Part shown: positions 60,409 to 64,000 of the stretch, piece after piece | Layout of the letters: each line of letters begins with the position of its first letter | Position numbering within the stretch: the first letter of the stretch is position 1 | Source: an uncultured Lachnospiraceae bacterium | GTDB taxonomy: Bacteria; Bacillota; Clostridia; Lachnospirales; Lachnospiraceae | DNA length: 64,000 nucleotides | Reading direction: 5' to 3' | Assembly (NCBI GenBank): GCA_902469965.1 | Contig: CABREP010000001.1 | Span: 26,807 to 90,806 of the forward strand | The notes under the pieces: generated by a model | What the model was told of the DNA's origin: nothing | Database searches by the model: none | The model's input: only the letters and a program-made list of their open reading frames with translations | Translations under genes and position numbers: made by a program

Positions 60409-61821
60409 GTGACGAGCGTGATAAAGGATAATCAGAAGTACTTTAACCGTCTGCACGTGGTTCTGGATGCGGCAGTGATCGCCTTTTCCTACTGGCTGAG
60501 CTGGGTGATCAAGTTCAGCGGTATTTTTGTAAAAAATTCAGTGCGGACTTTAAGCTTTGAGCAGTATATGCTGGCATTGATTTTTATCATTCCGGGGTAT
60601 CTGATCTTATATTCAGCCTGCAGTCTTTACACGCCAAAGCGGGTGCAGGGCAGAAGGCTGGAATTTGCAAATATTGCAAAGGCGAATGCCATAGGCGTTC
60701 TTCTGGTGATCGTGGCTCTTTACATTTTTAAGGAGCTGGATTATTCCCGGAGCATGCTGGTGATCTTCTTCGGCATTAATACGGTTCTCTGTGAATGTCT
60801 TCGGATGGGGATCCGCCTGATCCTCAGAGATATGAGAAAACGAGGGCTGAATCAGAAACATATCCTGCTGGTCGGCTACAGCCGGGCGGCAGAGGAATAT
60901 ATTGACAGAATCCTGGCGAATCCTCAGTGGGGTTACACGGTGAGAGGGATTCTGGACGATTCCGTGGAAGCCGGGACGGTTTACCGGGGGATTAAGGTAT
61001 TAGGCTGTGTGGACAATCTGATGGTGATCCTTCCGGAGAACAAGCTGGATGAGATCGTGATAACACTGGGGCTTCATCAGTACGCGAGACTGGAAGAAAT
61101 TGTGGCCCTCTGCGAGAAATCCGGAGGGCATACCAAATTTATCCCGGATTATACAAACATCATTCCAACGAAACCTTACACAGAAGATCTTCTGGGACTT
61201 CCTGTTATCAATATCCGTTACGTTCCTCTGACCAATACGTTTTCAGCTGCGGTGAAGCGGGCGATGGATATTTTTGGAGCCATTGTGGCAATTATTCTGT
61301 TTTCTCCGGTCATGCTGATTTTTGCGGTTCTGATCAAGGCAACTTCAAAGGGGCCTCTGATTTATAAACAGACCCGGGTGGGGCTTCACAATAAGCCTTT
61401 TGAGATGTACAAATTCCGTTCTATGGAGGTGCAGCCGGAGGCGGAGGAGCGAAAGGCCTGGACTGTAAAGAACGATCCGAGAGTGACCAGTGTGGGAAAA
61501 TTTATGCGGAAAACAAGTATTGATGAGCTTCCGCAGCTTTTTAATATTTTAAAGGGTGATATGAGCCTGGTGGGACCAAGACCCGAGCGGCCTTTCTTTG
61601 TGGAAAAATTCCGGGAAGAGATTCCGAGATATATGGTGAAGCATCAGGTGCGTCCGGGACTGACCGGATGGGCACAGATCCACGGATACCGGGGCGATAC
61701 TTCGATCAGGAAGCGCATCGAGTATGATCTCTATTATATTGAGAACTGGACCGTAGGCCTGGATATCAAGATTTTGTTTCTTACCTTTTTTAAAGGGTTT
61801 GTAAATAAAAATGCATATTAG
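60409..61821 (+). CDS. Polyprenyl-phosphate hexose-1-phosphate transferase (WbaP/EpsL-type initiating sugar transferase)
   Basis: 470 aa with 4-5 N-terminal TM segments and the C-terminal bacterial sugar transferase motif PLIYKQTRVG...FEMYKFRSM...DELPQLFNILKGDMSLVGPRP. Confidence 0.9.
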   Translation: MTSVIKDNQKYFNRLHVVLDAAVIAFSYWLSWVIKFSGIFVKNSVRTLSFEQYMLALIFIIPGYLILYSACSLYTPKRVQGRRLEFANIAKANAIGVLLVIVALYIFKELDYSRSMLVIFFGINTVLCECLRMGIRLILRDMRKRGLNQKHILLVGYSRAAEEYIDRILANPQWGYTVRGILDDSVEAGTVYRGIKVLGCVDNLMVILPENKLDEIVITLGLHQYARLEEIVALCEKSGGHTKFIPDYTNIIPTKPYTEDLLGLPVINIRYVPLTNTFSAAVKRAMDIFGAIVAIILFSPVMLIFAVLIKATSKGPLIYKQTRVGLHNKPFEMYKFRSMEVQPEAEERKAWTVKNDPRVTSVGKFMRKTSIDELPQLFNILKGDMSLVGPRPERPFFVEKFREEIPRYMVKHQVRPGLTGWAQIHGYRGDTSIRKRIEYDLYYIENWTVGLDIKILFLTFFKGFVNKNAY

Positions 61822-61838
61822 TACGTAAGGGGAAAAAA

Positions 61839-62987
61839 ATGAGCAAAGAACAGAAAAAAATGAATAAACTGCAGAGGAAGCGCAGAAGAAGAAGGATCTT
61901 TTTTGGCCTTGAAGTAGTGGTTTTGCTGGTACTGATCGGCTGCCTGTTCGTTTACGCCAAACTGAATGACGCCCTGGGAAAGATTGATATTACGCCTACG
62001 GACGATTCCAAGATTCAGACAAATGATGATCTGCAGCTGAGCAAAGAAGTGCTGACCGGATATCATAATATCCTGCTGGTCGGTGTGGATCACAGATCCG
62101 GAGAAGATGATACCGGTTCTCTGGATGCCTGCAACAGCGACACCATGATCCTGGCAAGTATTAACAATGACACGAAAGAGATTCGCCTTGTTTCTCTTTT
62201 CCGCGATACGCTCTTGAATGTGGGAAACAGGGAGTATGACAAGGCAAACTCGGCTTACTGGAATGGGCCGGAGGCACTTTTGTCTATGTTTAATCAGAAT
62301 CTGGATCTGAATATCCATGATTATGTGGCTGTGGATTTCCAGGCGGTAGCGGATACGGTAGATCTTCTGGGAGGAATTGACCTGGAACTGACAGCGGAGG
62401 AAATTACTCATCTGAATAACTACTGTAAAGATATGGTGGTGCTCCACGATCAGGTGGAAGGCAAAGAGTTTGATCCTCTGCCGGAGCAGGATGGCACGTA
62501 TCATCTGGATGGACTGCAGGCTTTGGGTTACTGCCGGATCCGTTATACCAGCGGAAGTGATTACCGCCGGACCCTCCGTCAGAGAACCGTAATTATGAAA
62601 GTTGCAGAAAAAGCAAAAACAGCAGGCGTAGGCCCGCTGATGAATGTGGTGGATGAAGTATTCCCGCTGGTGAAGACAAATATCAGCAAGGATACGATCC
62701 TGAAACTGGGAATGTCCATGCTGGACTATGAGATTGTGGATCAGACCGGGTTCCCCTTCGATCATCTTGAGGGAGATGTGAAAGTACCTCAGAGAAAAAA
62801 TGCACTGGATGTTATTGTTCCTGTGACTCTGGAAACCAATGTAATCAAACTGCATGAGTATCTGTTCCCGGATCAGGAATATATACCGTCCAAAGAATTA
62901 AAGGAGTACAGTTCAGATCTGACATATCTGTCCGGATTTGGGGAGGATGATATTCCCAAGCGGTCGGCAGACTGGGATGTAAGATAA
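61839..62987 (+). CDS. LytR-CpsA-Psr (LCP) family glycopolymer-to-peptidoglycan ligase
   Basis: It has an N-terminal TM and NILLVGVDHR...SDTMILASIN...VSLFRDT...INSAY-like motifs. Confidence 0.9.
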   Translation: MSKEQKKMNKLQRKRRRRRIFFGLEVVVLLVLIGCLFVYAKLNDALGKIDITPTDDSKIQTNDDLQLSKEVLTGYHNILLVGVDHRSGEDDTGSLDACNSDTMILASINNDTKEIRLVSLFRDTLLNVGNREYDKANSAYWNGPEALLSMFNQNLDLNIHDYVAVDFQAVADTVDLLGGIDLELTAEEITHLNNYCKDMVVLHDQVEGKEFDPLPEQDGTYHLDGLQALGYCRIRYTSGSDYRRTLRQRTVIMKVAEKAKTAGVGPLMNVVDEVFPLVKTNISKDTILKLGMSMLDYEIVDQTGFPFDHLEGDVKVPQRKNALDVIVPVTLETNVIKLHEYLFPDQEYIPSKELKEYSSDLTYLSGFGEDDIPKRSADWDVR

Positions 62988-62994
62988 AAAAAGC

Positions 62995-63040
62995 AAGGCT
63001 GCTGGGCAGCGGGGCAAGGCCCCTGCCGGCAGCCTTTTTT
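62995..63040 (+). terminator. Rho-independent terminator
   Basis: AAGGCTGC (62995-63002) pairs with GCAGCCTT (63029-63036) and has a GC-rich interior. T6 follows. Confidence 0.7.
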
Positions 63041-63054
63041 CAAAGGAGAGAGCG

Positions 63055-63972
63055 ATGAAAACGACAGATGTGATTATTCCCTGTTATAAACCGGGAAAAC
63101 AGATTGAAAAGCTGCTTTCCCGGCTTTCCCGTCAGAGCTGTCCGCCGGATCATATTTTGGTGATGAACACGGAGGAAGCATACTGGGACAGGGAGCTGGA
63201 GAAAAAATATGAAAATCTGCAGGTGTATCATCTGACCCGGGAGGAGTTTGACCATGGAGCAACCAGGGACCGGGGAGCCCGGATGTCTCAGGCGGATGTT
63301 CTTATCTTTATGACCCAGGATGCACTTCCGGCCGACAGGGATCTTCTGCGGAATCTGGTGAGAAGTCTTGATCAGGACGGGGTTGCTGTGTCCTACGCAC
63401 GGCAGCTTCCGGCGGAAGACTGCCGCCTGATCGAGCGGTATGCAAGAAGCTTCAATTATCCTCCGGAGAGCCGGGTGAAATGGGAGAGCGATCTTCCCGA
63501 GATGGGGATCAAGACGTATTTCTGTTCCAACGTGTGTGCCGCATATAAACGGGAAATTTATCTGAAGCTGGGTGGTTTTTCCTGTCCCACAGTTTTTAAT
63601 GAAGATATGCTTTATGCGGCAAAAGCAATGAAAGCCGGATATGGGGTAGCATACGCCGCAGATGCCCGGGTGATCCATTCTCACAATTACACAGGGATTC
63701 AGCAGCTGAAGCGTAATTTTGATCTGGGCGTTTCGCAGGCAGAAAACAGGGAGATTTTTGCAGGAATCCCTTCGGAGGGGGAGGGATTCCGTCTGGTGAA
63801 AAAAACAGCGGCGCATCTGATAAGAAAAGGGAAACCCTGGCAGATCTTTCTGCTGGCCTGGCAGAGCGGCTGCAAATATGCAGGGTATCTTCTGGGGAAA
63901 AATCACCGGCGTCTTCCGCGGAAACTTATCCTGAAGCTGACCGGAAGCCCGGGCTACTGGAAGAAAAAGTAA
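63055..63972 (+). CDS. Family 2 glycosyltransferase
   Basis: 305 aa with DVIIPCYKPGKQ...FDHGATRDRGA...FMTQDALP motifs. Confidence 0.85.
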   Translation: MKTTDVIIPCYKPGKQIEKLLSRLSRQSCPPDHILVMNTEEAYWDRELEKKYENLQVYHLTREEFDHGATRDRGARMSQADVLIFMTQDALPADRDLLRNLVRSLDQDGVAVSYARQLPAEDCRLIERYARSFNYPPESRVKWESDLPEMGIKTYFCSNVCAAYKREIYLKLGGFSCPTVFNEDMLYAAKAMKAGYGVAYAADARVIHSHNYTGIQQLKRNFDLGVSQAENREIFAGIPSEGEGFRLVKKTAAHLIRKGKPWQIFLLAWQSGCKYAGYLLGKNHRRLPRKLILKLTGSPGYWKKK

Positions 63973-64000
63973 GAAAATCAATTCATCTTTTTTTAAAAGA

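Noticed and set aside
57334-63981. Minus-strand ORFs 57334-58716, 59090-60373, 61818-62855 and 63040-63981 (313-460 aa).
   Set aside because: All are antisense to glycosyltransferase, priming-transferase and LCP genes that have clear motifs. Their products are rich in P/R/H/Q low-complexity sequence.
1-64000. A window-wide search by eye for rRNA, tRNA, CRISPR repeats, transposases, integrases, phage modules and known riboswitch cores.
   Set aside because: None was recognised. The absence is by inspection only. tRNAscan-SE, Infernal/Rfam and ISfinder searches would be needed to confirm it.

Overview
This is a chromosomal segment from a spore-forming Firmicute. Gene content (gpr, spoIIP, gerM-like, cdaA-cdaR, comE genes) looks Clostridia/Lachnospiraceae-like, but taxonomy cannot be verified here. 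By eye I found no rRNA, tRNA, CRISPR array, transposase or integrase. Many long ORFs in the supplied track are antisense shadows of real genes. One real gene at the left edge (1-714, minus strand) is missing from the track.

Layout:
(i) 1-10.1 kb is an amino-acid/peptide utilisation island. It holds two paralogous CocE/NonD hydrolases, a Crp/Fnr regulator, an APC permease, a BspA-type LRR surface protein, a LysR regulator, an aminotransferase and a glutamate dehydrogenase.
(ii) 10.2-16.3 kb holds an SseB-like/methyltransferase/Sel1 operon, an XRE regulator with a DUF3169-like membrane protein, a NatAB-like ABC exporter and a DMT transporter.
(iii) 16.4-33.6 kb is the classical Bacillus-type comEA...comEC-holA-rpsT-gpr-spoIIP-lepA-hemW backbone with three insertions: a two-component system plus GerMN lipoprotein, a truncated SigA-like gene, and two tandem L,D-transpeptidases.
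(iv) 33.6-36.0 kb holds a YtrA-type GntR-ABC operon and an AT-rich orphan gene.
(v) 36.0-47.2 kb holds uvrA, mreB, recD2, comFC, two unknown membrane proteins, cdaA-cdaR and an HPr-like gene.
(vi) 47.25-64 kb is an ABC-transporter-dependent, probably rhamnose-containing, cell-wall glycopolymer locus.

The most interesting observations are:
(a) A perfect 78-nt four-arm inverted-repeat module sits inside the LexA-box promoter region of uvrA, with a 22-bp duplication of the promoter core.
(b) A split WbdD-like chain-terminator pair (methyltransferase, then kinase-like protein with coiled coil) lies next to a Wzt-type ATPase carrying a C-terminal glycan-binding domain, in a Gram-positive LCP-linked locus.
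(c) A SigA paralog retains regions 1.1-3.1 but lacks region 4 and the -10 recognition aromatics.
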